The notes: generated by a model not told the origin, from the sequence alone. A stretch of 64,000 nucleotides of DNA from Podarcis cretensis (GCA_951804945.1 OX638161.1:40114001-40178000); one strand, 5' to 3'; shown: positions 11,907 to 22,864, counted from the stretch's first letter. Numbers and translations are program-made.

Positions 11907-14900
11907 CTGTAGTGCAGGGAAGGAAGAAAATGAGAAGCAAAACACAGTTTCCAAGCACCTCCTCCTCCACCAACACCCTGACACTGAAAAAGTCTGTTTC
12001 TTACTTGGCATAGAATGTGGCTATGATTATACCAAGGAACGTGATGATTTATGGTCAAAAGTTCCCCAGCTCTGGACTTGGTCCTGCTGGAAGTGTGGGG
12101 TTAGGGTTGCCACCCTCCCAGACGGAAACAGACCTTGCTCTTTTACATGTTTCATATATTCACTGAAACACATCCAAAATTAAAATTATCCCTGGCAACA
12201 CAATTTCCCCCAAAGTTGGCAGTCCACCCCCAGCCTTGCTAGTATAAAACCCGTGACTGGAGTGTGGTGATGCTAAACGTTTCAGAATTTCTGAAAATAA
12301 GAAAAATGGAGTGTTTTATAGTCCCACGCATGAGGGAAATCCTCTTCTTTCTCCCTCCTCCCTCAGCCTGGATGTGGGCAGGAGTCACAGCTGATACCTG
12401 GATGCATTCTGCACAGGTTGGGTTGAGGACAGGAGAAAGAGAGGGAGGCTCCATAGAAGAAGAGATTGTGGCTTGCCGGAATGCAAAGACCCACATCTGC
12501 TGAAATTCTTGCTTTTGCATAACTATGAAGTATGGCAATCAGTGTGTTGGACTAGGAAGAGCTGGATTCAAATCCACAACAAAGCATGATGCTTGCAGGA
12601 TGACCTGGAGGCCAGTAACAGTTGCTGTCGGCATAGCCTATTTCGCAGGGTTGTTCTGGGGATAAAATGGGAAAACCCTAGATTTGCATCTACAAATGCA
12701 ACATTCCGCAGCTTGCAGAAAAGATCCACCGGTGTCACTATGTGTTGCCTTGCAAACTGTCAAGCAATTATTCACAGCTTTAAGGACTCCAGTTAAAAGT
12801 CTGTTTGCTTTGTGGTATAATCAATGTAACCCTAGGGGCACCCTACTTCTTGTCTGGAGTTGTGACTCACAAGTTGTGGATGGGGCCTGGCAGGCTGTCC
12901 TCCCTCCCTCCCTCCCTTCCACATGGTCTCCTGTCCAGTCTCTCTTTGTCTGCTTAGAAAAGCAGAGATCAGCTGATGACAATGTTCCCATTAGTGCATT
13001 CCTATGCCAGGGAAAGCAGTACCAGTAGATTTGTAAGTCCTTGTAGTATAACAGACTTTAAAGTGTTGGACTAGGACCTGGGAGACCAAGGTTCAAATCC
13101 CGACTCAGCCAGTGAAGCTCACTGGGTGATCTTGGGCCAGTCACTGCCTCTCAGTCTAGCCTACCTCACAGGGTTGCTGTGAGGGGGGGGGAATGGGAGG
13201 GAAGAACCAAGTACACCACCTTGAGCTGCTTGGGGGGGGGAAGATTGTACATAAATGTAATAAATATACATCAAACAAACAAATCCTGCTCCTCTTGCCT
13301 CTACCACCTGTCCTCTCCAATTTTCCCTGGTGCCTTATGCCCAGAGAGTCAATACCTGAATGGTGTTGAGGTCCTGCTCAGATACTAGGGGAGAAAGCCC
13401 CTCCACGCCAGCCGAGGGGGACCGTCGGGGCCGGCGCTGGGTCACATACCCCATCTGATCTTCCAGAAGCACAGTCTCCACCTGGTAAGGGAAGAAAGCA
13501 TCTTCAAAGCCATTTTTCAGTCTTGGGAGTCAAAGCCCACACACATACTACTACTAGCATTAACAAATACGAGAGATGACCTGTGTTAGGGTTTGCAGCA
13601 AAAACAACAGATGGCCTTGTGGCACTTTGAAGACAGACGGATTCATTACCACATCAGTTTTCACAGACTAGCACAAGAGGAGCTGTCCTCAGCTGGCAGA
13701 TTAGGCACACACAAGTACAGAGGGGAAGACAACCCCCGCCCCGTATTTAGGGGTGGGACCCAAAAGCTATTAAATGGAAGAGGTAGGGCCTGTCACATTG
13801 TCACAGTATATTTCTATCTGCCTACTGAGGATACATTTCCTGCATTTGGTATAGTGGCTGCTAGTTTATGCCACAAAATTCAGGCTTTAAAGTACCACAC
13901 AAGACCCCTCTGGTTCTTTAGTGGGAGCCACAGAAGGGCAGTGCCACTGAGCACATGCAGAATCTCTCGCTCACAACTTAGCGACCACAGGCAGCTTCCC
14001 AAATGCCATATTCCTTAGGAAAAATAGGTTCCCAGGCCAGAACTCCAGCACCTTCTAGTTTAGAAATGAAAGGGGGGCAGAAGAGCCATGCTTGGTCCAT
14101 ATCAGCCCCTGCTGGCAGCCACCTCTGTAGCCAAGAAACTTGCAAACTCCTCAATGGGCTGCAGCATGGCATAAATCTGCAGTTTGGGTGGCTTGTAAAT
14201 AGAAGCTGAGACCTGTCAAATGGAGGTCTTTTGAGTATCAAAGTGGGGAGGTTTGAGCAGGGGCAAGAATAATGAGGAGAAAGGAGACAGGGTAGTTACA
14301 AATCTAAAGGGATGGTTAAATGTGTCAGGAATATGAATGACAGAATGGAGACAAGCAATTCACAAAGTGTCATGACTGATACATTAGAAACCATGCAAAT
14401 TACACGTGCCCCACTTTCACTGGGCAGCCCCTCCTTCCACGACCTTTTGTGTCTTTCTTGCCAAGGCGGCTGGACACAAGTTTCAAAAGTAGCTCCCACT
14501 TTGTTTGGGGCCCTTCTTCTTCTCTCTGTTGTGGGAGGGGGAGATCCTGTTGCAACTGATCCGCAAGGATCAGGCTCAGCATCCAGCCTTGCTTTCTTGT
14601 ATGTGATTAATGTCTCCATTTATTTCTCTGACCAATAGCGGACCTCAAGGGATCCAAAGTCGCTTGGTGGGGAGCCGGGCTGCAAAAGCCAACCCCGATT
14701 TCTATAATGATACGAAACAGCGGTTTGAGGGCACGTACTTGCTTATGGCGTGAGGGGTTTCGGCCTCGAATCTGCAGAGACAGACCCTCCTCTTCCTCTG
14801 TGCAGTCCACATCCTGCTGTGGGAGAAAAGGGAAGGATGGAAGGGGGGGACCCAGAAGCAACCCCTCTCTCCCCCCCCCTTATTGGGCCCCTCCTCACTA

Positions 14901-17900
14901 TTTCATAGGATCTCCATAGTGCTTCCTGCTATTTCCATTAAAAAAAAATGATATTTGGTTTTACAAGTGTAAAGATACAACAGTACCACAGTACCAAGTA
15001 CGTATTCATATTTAGAGATTTCTCGGAATCTCCAGACTTCCCACCATCCCCTCCCTGGGTCCTACTGTCAACATTTTCAACACTGTATTATTTCACAATC
15101 CATATTCTATACCTCCTCATGTTGTCCATAGTGTTTGTTACAAGTGTTATTAAAACCCTGCTAATGTTTTCATCTGCTTACAGTGGTCTCCTAAATATAT
15201 TAATTTTTTTGCTTCCTGTTACTTCCTGATTCCCCTTAGCCCCTCCTACTTCAGATTAAGCCCCACCCACCTCAGTCAGCTGTCAGGCCTGAGGCCAGCT
15301 GTGCCGGGCTCAGAGCCCACAGCTGACGTTGCCCTTTATTATTAACAGTGATAATTAAATCTATATACCACCCTCCATCCAAAGATCACAGGGCAGTTTA
15401 CAGCATAAAATACAAAAGGAAACACAAAATACATATCACAACAAAAGGGGGGAAAGCCAGTCACCCTATCCCGCAAACGCATTAAAAAGGCCATAAATTG
15501 TTTGCTCAGCCAAATGCCTGTTTATACAGAGTTATTACATAACACAGGTGAGACACGCATACGCTCTGTTGCTACCTGGCCCCTGGCACTTTTCTGGTCT
15601 CTGGATCTGGTGGTCTCTGGATCTGGAAATCTCTGTTTAAATTTGAGAGTACCAACAACTGCTCTGTGGGGAGGGTTTTTAGGAAGGCAGACAGCGAAGA
15701 AATAGAACCCAGAGCTTGCTCCTGTGGCACCTGGACTGCCCTCTCCCCTCACAGAGACATCAACCATCCTCTTTTTTATCACTAATTTCTGTCAAGAACA
15801 CAGCTGAGGAGCAAATGGTTAAATTGCACCTCCCCATCTGCTGTGGTCATAATATATAACCACCTCCGAGCACTACATTTAAAAAATATTCTGACGTGGC
15901 TGCAAGCATGGGCATAGCTAGGGTTTTTGTTAGGGAGGGGCAGACATCCTGTTAGGTGGGGGGCAGAACCTCAGTTTGCTGTGTATTTTTATTGATTTTT
16001 ATTGATTATGGGGGGGGCAGCTGCCTCTCCCTGCCGCCCCTCGGCTATGCCCATGGCTGCAAGCCTAGACCCTTGGCTTCAAAGCTGTAATGCATCTCAG
16101 CATGTGCCGAGTGCCTTCCTCTCGTCAGAGGGCAGATTACAACCAGCCCCTGCTCATCAAAACATTTAGGTTGAAGACCAGAGGGGACGCATATCACTCA
16201 CTCTTTCACAGGCACAAGAGGATATGAAGCACCGGAAGTCATGACCCCCTCCTTGAAGGCCATCATCACTAAGATCTGGTCTGGAAAGAGGAGCATGGAA
16301 ATAAAAGCATATATATATATAAAGTGTGGAATTGTAGAGTTGGAAAAGACCCTGAGGATCATCATATAGTCCAACCCCCTGCAATGTGGGAATATTCAGC
16401 CATCCCATACAGGGAATGAACCTGCAACCTTGGCGTTAGTTATCAGCACCACGCTCTCCCCAACGTTAAAATGATGGGTTTGCCCCACAAGGGCCTCCCA
16501 CAAGGTCACTCACGGACAGGTGAATTCAGAGCCTGGGCTGGGTTCTCGTCTGGCTGGGAATCCTGGCTTGCACTTCAGAACAGGGTGCAGGAGTGCTGCA
16601 AGGCAGGAGGAAACAGTGGGGTGGCCTTCTTTAATGATTTATATATCCTGCACCTTCAACACAAATTTACATGTGCAGAGCTGCTGGCAAGGCAGTAAGA
16701 AGCAAAAGTAAGAAAATAAATAAAGATAGCAATTTATTATTATTATTATTATTGCCCACAAGTTATTACAGCAAACTAAAACAGCAGCAGTCCATTGAAG
16801 GAGAGAGTAAAAACTGGACTGCACTAAATTAAAAATGGTAACATTAAAGGTAAAGGTACCCCTGCCCGTACGGGCCAGTCTTGACAGACTCTGGGGTTGT
16901 GCGCCCATCTCACTTAAGAGGCCAGGGGCCAGCGCTGTCCGGAGACACTTCCGGGTCACGTGGCCAGCGTGACATCGCTGCTCTGGCGAGCCAGAGCCGC
17001 ACACGGAAACGCCGTTTACCTTCCCGCTGGTAAGCGGTCCCTATTTATCTACTTGCACCCGGAGGTGCTTTCGAACTGCTAGGTTGGCAGGCGCTGGGAC
17101 CGAGCAGCGGGAGCGCACCCCGCCGCAGGGATTCGAACCGCTGACCTTTCGATCGGCAAGCCCTAGGCGCTGAGGCTTTAACCCACAGCGCCACCTGCGT
17201 CCCTTAGCAGCTCTTTAAAAAGAAACCTGGGAAAACAGAAATAAGACTTCTGCTAGGCCCTAAATGGTAGGGCCCACCATATTCGCTTTAACATTTTAAT
17301 ATTGTACTTCTAAAGCTCTTGTAACCTGCCTTGGAATAGCATGGTGAAGTGCAGAAATACGGTGAGCAATAATAATTCTAGCAGCAAGAGCTCCAGGCAG
17401 GCCTCCTCGGGGAGTACAGTGGTACCTTGGCTTACGAACTTAATCCGTTCCGGAAATCCATTCTTAAACTGAGGCGCGCTTTCCCTAATGAGGCCTCCTG
17501 CCGCCAGTGCCCTTCCACCGTTCGGATTCCATTCTCAGACTGAGGTAAAGTTCTCAAACCGGGACACTACTTCCGGTTTTCAAGAGTTCGTAAACCGAAT
17601 CGTTCAAAAACAGGACTGTTCTTAAACCGAGGTACCATTGTATATGCCACAGTTGAGGGCCACCCACAAAAAGGCTCTGTTGCTCCATTCACCGTGCCAC
17701 ATGTCATCTGAACCCTGCCTACTCTCTCTCAGTAGCCCCGCCCATTCTTATGGAGGCCACACCCACTGAATTCTTAGCTTCACGCAGAACCTGAAGTAGG
17801 TAAAGATATGGGGGTCAGTGGGTGTGACCCCCATAAGAATGGGCGGGGCTACTGAGGGAGTAGGCAGGATCCAGATGGACAGCGACAGAGACGACGGGTG

Positions 17901-20054
17901 TCCAGGCAGAAAACAAATTCCCAGCACCAGGGATATTGATACTGACCATTTTCTGTACGTCGGATGATGGTGCAGAATTCAGAATAGGGTAGCGGGGGCT
18001 CTGTCAGGAGCTGGAAGAGCCCTTGGTAGTCAGGGGGGTTCAGGAACCCCAAAAGTCGCTCGGCCAACCCCCGGGCTGCCATGTAGCTCAGCCGGGCCTG
18101 GGCCAGGGACTGCTCTGCATGGAAACAAGCGAGCTGGAGAGAAGGCAGAAGGGGACAAGTCATGGCTATGCAGGCTTTGAGCCCCACACAGTTGTCTCTA
18201 GAAGCCATGCCAGGCCCCAGATACAAGAGATTCCTACATAAAACTGCAATAAAAAGAGCTCATTTTTGTCATTCTTAACCGTGCCATGGGTCTTTTATAA
18301 ATGACAACAATTTTATTCATTTATTTTTAAATCTTACATACTGATTTATTTACAAATCTTCAATATCTTTTCATTTATAAGCTTACAAATCTCAAAGAAG
18401 TCCACAATACGCAAAAACCATTAAAATAACCACTGAAACGTCAACATACTCGTATAATTGCAGCAACTCCAACAGCTTGAACAACAACAAAAACAGTCAG
18501 GAAATGCCCAAGAAAAAGGAAACTTCTTAAAATTTATGGCCTGTACTACATTGAAGGAAAATATAATGAAAATGGTATACAGATGGTATGTAACGCCAGT
18601 ATAACTGGCTAAAATGTATAAAACATGTAATAAGTGTTGGAAATGTAAAGAAAAAGAAGGAACATTCTATCATATGTGGTGGGAGTGTAAAAAGGTGAAA
18701 GGCTTCTGGGAAATGATATATAATGAATTGAAAAAGATGTTGAAATATACGTTTGTTAAGAAACCGGAGGCCTTCCTACTAGGATTGGTAGGTAATGAAA
18801 TAAATAAGAAAGACTGTAAACTTTTCCAATACGCAGTAACAGCAGCGAGAATACTTCTGGCCCAAAGATGGAAACAGGAAGAAATTCCAATGGTGAAAGA
18901 ATGGAGAACGAAATTGACTGAATACGCAGAATTGGATAAACTAACAGGGAAGATTCGATACCAGCGAGACCAAAAGTTCATCGAGGACTGGGGGAGATTT
19001 ACAGACTATCTGAAAAGCATATGTGATGAACAGATAACGCTTGTTGGTTTTCAAGAGACTCTGTGAAAAATTAAGAAATATTGTAAAAAAGAGTAAGAAG
19101 GGAGAGGTGATTTTTAAAGGCAATATTAAGCTTAGAAATGTGTTAAATAATATAAATTTAAAACGAAAGATTGGCAGAGAAACTGAGGGAAGTCAAAAAA
19201 TAGATGAATGTGTGACAAAATGTGAATGGATTGTATAAAATTGTTGTTGAAAATGAATAAAAATGTTATTAAAAAAGAAAGAAAAAGGAAACGTCTTTAA
19301 CAGTCTGTGAAAGCACCCTATTGTTGGGTGCTTGCTGATCTCCTTCCACAAAATGGGTGACAGAGTGTAAAAGCCCCCCTCCTTTGGCACTGGCAGCAAA
19401 AGTGCTAAAGGCTGGTTGTTACACACCTGTCACAGTGGCTGTGTACACACACCTTACATTTAAAGCGCATTACTTTCCCCAATGAACCACGAAGTTTGTT
19501 AAGTGATCAGGGCATTGGATGGAGCCAGTGTTAGAATATGTGTGGGGGGGTTCAGGGTTCAAATCATCCCTCAGCCCAAGGTTGGGTGTCCTGGGCTAGA
19601 AACTATCCTTCAGCCAGGCTTCCTCAAACCTGGCCCTCCAGATGTTTTTGGCCTACAACTCCCATGATCCCTAGCTAGCAGGACCAGTGGCCAGGGATGA
19701 TGGGAACTGTAGTCTCAAAACATCTGGAGGGACAAGTCTGAGGAAGCCTGCTTCAGCCGAACTCCCAGTGTACTCTCTGTGTGCAAAGGCTGAGAAATGA
19801 TATTGGGAGTTTTGAGCAAGGGAATTATTTCTCTCATTCAGTCTCTCTAATACTGGTCATTCCTAGAGCCTGGGCTCAGGTACCTGAGCAGACTTTTGTG
19901 CTTCCACAGAAGCCTGGACCATTTTGGCAGTGCCGGCCACAGTGTTCACCAAGTACTCAGCCATGGCTTCCGATATTCTGGGTGCAAAGCCAGTTGGGGC
20001 AGCTTTATCGTCCTGAGGAGGGCTGTTCCTGGGGGTGCGACAGCTCTCTTCCAT
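11769..20054 (-). CDS. Uncharacterised multi-exon protein-coding gene (286 aa, or 310 aa with the cassette exon)
   Basis: Exons 19884-20054, 17947-18133, 16514-16595, 16202-16280, 14739-14816, 13356-13481, (12871-12952) and 11769-11906 all have polypyrimidine-AG acceptors and GT donors. Phases 0,1,2,0,0,0 chain into one open frame. Kozak AAAATGG at the start; AATAAA 40 nt after the stop. Confidence 0.75.
12871..12952 (-). CDS. Uncharacterised gene, candidate cassette exon (QTKRDWTGDHVEGREGGRTACQAPSTT)
   Basis: Acceptor ctctgcttttctaag(cag), donor CTT|GTGAGT; 82 nt, open in phase 0. Confidence 0.5.
13060..13268 (+). mobile_element. tRNA-derived SINE with L2-like tail (copies at 20365-20590, 48445-48660)
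   Basis: B-box GGTTCAAATCC, conserved core ctcagcctaacctacctcacagggttg, A-rich tail. Confidence 0.7.
13356..13481 (-). CDS. Uncharacterised gene, coding exon 6 (VETVLLEDQMGY...EQDLNTIQ)
   Basis: Acceptor ctttcttcccttaccag, donor CAG|GTATTG; 126 nt, open only in phase 0. Confidence 0.72.
14739..14816 (-). CDS. Uncharacterised gene, coding exon 5 (QDVDCTEEEEGLSLQIRGRNPSRHKQ)
   Basis: Acceptor cccttttctcccacag (NAGNAG), donor CAA|GTACGT; 78 nt. Confidence 0.72.
14940..15210 (-). mobile_element. L1-like 3' end fragment
   Basis: Composition and gacttcccacc motif resemble the 3'UTR of the 18524-19278 element in reverse orientation. Confidence 0.4.
15907..16055. mobile_element. hAT-type MITE
   Basis: TIR CATGGGCATAGC/GCTATGCCCATG with perfect 8-bp TSD GCTGCAAG. 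Confidence 0.85.
16202..16280 (-). CDS. Uncharacterised gene, coding exon 4 (PDLSDDGLQGGGHDFRCFISSCACER)
   Basis: Acceptor ctcctctttccag, donor AGA|GTGAGT; 79 nt. Confidence 0.72.
16324..16460 (-). mobile_element. SINE with tRNA-Ile-like head and CR1-like tail
   Basis: Reverse complement reads gagcgtggtgctgataac...ccaaggttgcaggttc, then ggggttggactatatgatgatcctcagggtcttttccaactctacaattc. Confidence 0.55.
16514..16595 (-). CDS. Uncharacterised gene, coding exon 3 (ALLHPVLKCKPGFPARREPSPGSEFTCP)
   Basis: Acceptor tttcctcctgccttgcag, donor CC|GTGAGT; 82 nt, converts phase 1 to phase 2 as the next exon requires. Confidence 0.72.
16846..17203 (-). mobile_element. Full-length Sauria SINE
   Basis: tRNA-like head GGGACGCAGGTGGCGCTGTGGG...GGTTCGAATCCC, typical body, ACCTTT-repeat tail, CpGs retained (young). 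Confidence 0.9.
17417..17640. mobile_element. Tigger/mariner-like MITE
   Basis: TA-CAGTGGTACCT...AGGTACCATTG-TA. Confidence 0.8.
17703..17880. repeat. Inverted repeat, arms of about 66 bp and a 45-nt loop
   Basis: 17703-17769 is the near-perfect reverse complement of 17815-17880. Confidence 0.9.
17947..18133 (-). CDS. Uncharacterised gene, coding exon 2 (LACFHAEQSLAQARLSY...RRTEN)
   Basis: Acceptor ccttctctccag, donor ATG|GTCAGT; 187 nt. Confidence 0.75.
18524..19278 (+). mobile_element. 5'-truncated L1-clade LINE (ORF2 C-terminal CCHC region + 3'UTR)
   Basis: ORF 18614-19066 CWKCKEKEGTFYHMWWEC; AATAAA 19256; 14-bp TSD AAGAAAAAGGAAAC at 18510-18523 and 19279-19292. Confidence 0.9.
19615..19750. 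mobile_element. hAT-type palindromic MITE (related copies near 2670, 11530, 28540, 34940, 47570, 52740)
   Basis: TIR CAGGCTTCCTCA, flanking CTTCAGC duplication, core ccctccagatgtt...ctacaactcccat. Confidence 0.8.
19884..20054 (-). CDS. Uncharacterised gene, first coding exon (MEESCRTPRN...VEAQKSAQ)
   Basis: Acceptor ctctctctttcttag at 20062, ATG 20054, donor CAG|GTACCT. Confidence 0.72.
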
Positions 20055-22156
20055 TTTGGATCTAAGAAAGAGAGAGAAAGATGGACACTGGGCAGAGAAA
20101 GGAATGTGTAATTGGCGATAAAAAGAAGTAGGAGCAAACAGCGGCTGAAAGAATCCATTTCAGAAGCAGTTGTTGGGCCATGAGGCTTGACTTTTCTATC
20201 CAGAGCACGAACCAGAGCTATTGTTGTTTCTCTCTACCGGGCCTGAAGATGATGATTCTGAGCTAGAGTATCTTTTATCCTTCACTGAATTGCTGGAACA
20301 CATGATTTTGAACTTGAGACATGTATCCACAACATGCATTGTTAATACTATGGGAAGATCAGCACAGTGTTAGTGGTTAGAGGGTTGGATTAGGACCTGG
20401 GTTCAAATCTTCACTCAGCCATGAAGGTCACTGGGTAACTTTGGGCCAACCGCTGCCTCTCAGCCTAACTTGACTTACAAGGTGGTTGTAGGGATTAAAT
20501 GGGGTCAGGGGGAACCATGTACACTACCTTGAGTTCCTTGGAGAAGAAAGTAAGATATAAATGCAATGAACTAAATAAAAAAAAAAAAAGCTGAGCCCAT
20601 TGCTTGCCATTTATTCTCACATGAATCTCTCCAGTGACTGAGATCATTTAAGGAGGCCCAAGGCTGAGGACTTTCATCTTACCAGCAGTGGGGGCTTTCT
20701 GACTAGAGACATTTCAATGATGTAAATCCCCGCTTTTCTGCTTGCTTAAAAATTTAATTTTTAAACACCAGGTAAAGATTAGCTTGTTTCTTCAGGCACT
20801 TCATGGCTTTTGAAATGGCTTTGAGAAATTCACCCCTGCAAGTGCACTCCATTGTCTTTTGAGATGGATGGAAGCCAGCCACAACCGTGAGAGATCCAGC
20901 CACTCTAAACTGTTCCCATCTACGGCTGGTTGAGGACACAATTTGTCGTTTACCTATCATGTATTTTAGATTGACATTTTAGAACATACACTGTCTTAGA
21001 TTCTTTTTTAATTATCAAAGGATGGGATAAAAAAACTTTAAATATATTGGGGAGAAAGATCATAAGTCTTCATTTCTGGTGTCCCCGTAAAAAAGTAAGT
21101 TAGCATAGGCTCATATTTGCAATAAGTGTGGCTTCTGGACCTGTCTCTGAAGCAATTTGTTGTTGCTTTCGTTTCTTAATATTACTTTCTTAATTTGTAT
21201 CCCATCACGGAACACAAGATGGCATAAGGGTGGTCACCTATGACCAGGCCTAAACCTTCTCAGCTTCAGGACTCAAAAAATACCCATCACTGAAATTTTG
21301 CAGGCAACGCAGAGCTCCTTGGGAAAACACAAGATTTACCCTTCCATTAACCAGCAGGTGCAGACTATTGTATCAGGAGAAAGCAGAGTTACAGAAAGAA
21401 GTTACAGACTTCTGCCTTCCCTGAGGGCAATTTTTGCTCTTAAAGCAGCAACCACAAGCTTCTCTCTTGTTTATGACTAGTGCTGTGAATTAAGATGTAA
21501 GTCCACATACCTCTTTACTCCCCGCCCCCCTTGCTTGCAAATGTGATATGAGCAGAGTACTGCCACTTTTCTGCTTGCTTTGTGTGTGCATGTGTCCACG
21601 ACTAAAAATGCAGAAACAGGATAAGAGGGACTGACTGATGGGAGGCACTCTCAGGGGCAATCACAAACTTGATGTAGCCCCTAGTGCACTTCTGGAAACC
21701 ATGTAGCCTGCAACTAATCCTGAGCCAGGACTGTACGGTAAGCGGGAGAAAGCGCAGGGCACCAACGAGTGCACTGCTTTAACTGGGAAAGGTAGACAGC
21801 GCTCCCTTCCATTCCACATACCTACACAGATAAAGTAATTCTAAAGTGCTGGATTTTGTCAGCTGATTCCACTGTGCCCAATATTAAGTGGGAGTTTGAT
21901 GTACCAAGGGTGTTTGCTAGGTGGCTTAGGAAGCTGCTCTTGTGAGTCAGGTCTATTTAGTTCAGTACTGTTTACACTGACTGGCAGCATGGCTTGCAGG
22001 GTTTCAGGCAGGGCGTAACTTCTGCAAGTCCTACCTAGATTTGCAACGTATTGAACCCGCGACCTCGTATGCTCCCAATGACACAAATTCGCATATGCTA
22101 CCACAAAGTACTGCCTCTGAACGAATTAAAAAGAGGGTAAGTGCCTGGGGTCTTAC

Positions 22157-22188
22157 CAACACTGTATTTTACAGCATTCCCAGCTGCC
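22157..22188 (-). other. Candidate 32-nt 5'UTR exon of the uncharacterised gene
   Basis: Long pyrimidine tract + ttttgtttacag acceptor and TTG|GTAAGA donor; another strong donor CTG|GTAAGA at 20683. Confidence 0.45.
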
Positions 22189-22511
22189 CTGTAAACAAAA
22201 GTTTTTTTAAAAAAGAAGGAAAAGGGGGGGATTTTTTTGGAGGCACCCTCTATCAATGCCTCTGCGGCCCACACTTAATGGACAGGACTCTCTCACTGAG
22301 TACGAAGGTGGTGGCCTGGAAATTGAGCAACTGGGAACACAATGTGGCTTAGTGGCAAATGCCCTTCCTATTCAGGGGACTTCACCTTCACACCTCCCAT
22401 TTTCTATGCAGAAAAGGCCCTTGAGCTCTGTTAAGATACAAACCATCAGCCCCTTCCTTCCCTTTCAAGCCCCGTCCTGTGGGGGTAGGATGCAACCAAG
22501 ATGCTCCTTCA

Positions 22512-22578
22512 ATTGGTAGCCAACTGCCAGGGATGCAGTTGCCATGGGAATGCTTCCAGAGCCCAGTTGCTAGGCGAT
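22512..22578. promoter_or_regulatory. Two RFX X-box-like sites plus a CCAAT box (candidate promoter of the uncharacterised gene)
   Basis: GTTGCCATGGGAAT 22538-22551, GTTGCTAGGCGAT 22566-22578, ATTGG 22512-22516. Confidence 0.5.
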
Positions 22579-22864
22579 GGAATTCCTTGTAATGTAAGAG
22601 GGTTGAATGTTTCAGAGGCAGAACAGGGCAGGCCTGCAGAGGCTGAGATGGAGCACATATACAACGGCAGGCTTGTGAGTAGGGGAAAGAGGGTCTTCCA
22701 GAAGGAAATGCATCCTTCTGTTATTATCAGATAAGTGAATACACACACACACACATATATTTAGATACTGCTAGTAGTCACTTGAATTCAACTTGCTTCT
22801 GAGCCCAAGAATATATATTTTTTCCCAAGTCTGAGAAGGAAGGGATATAGATTTAGGGAACTCC

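Noticed and set aside
12398-12499. Possible extra 102-nt exon of the unknown gene
   Set aside because: Open and frame-preserving, but the acceptor lacks a pyrimidine tract and the donor (GTATCA) is weak, so it was left out of the model
13440-16280. Alternative frame (DQILVMMAFKEG...WRLCFWKIRWGM*) obtained by skipping 16514-16595
   Set aside because: It stops early in exon 13356-13481, whereas including the 82-nt exon keeps all downstream exons open
16405-16460. tRNA-Ile-like sequence (also tRNA-like heads at 6750, 17130-17203, 22040-22100)
   Set aside because: Degenerate, no intact cloverleaf, and fused to SINE bodies; not tRNA genes
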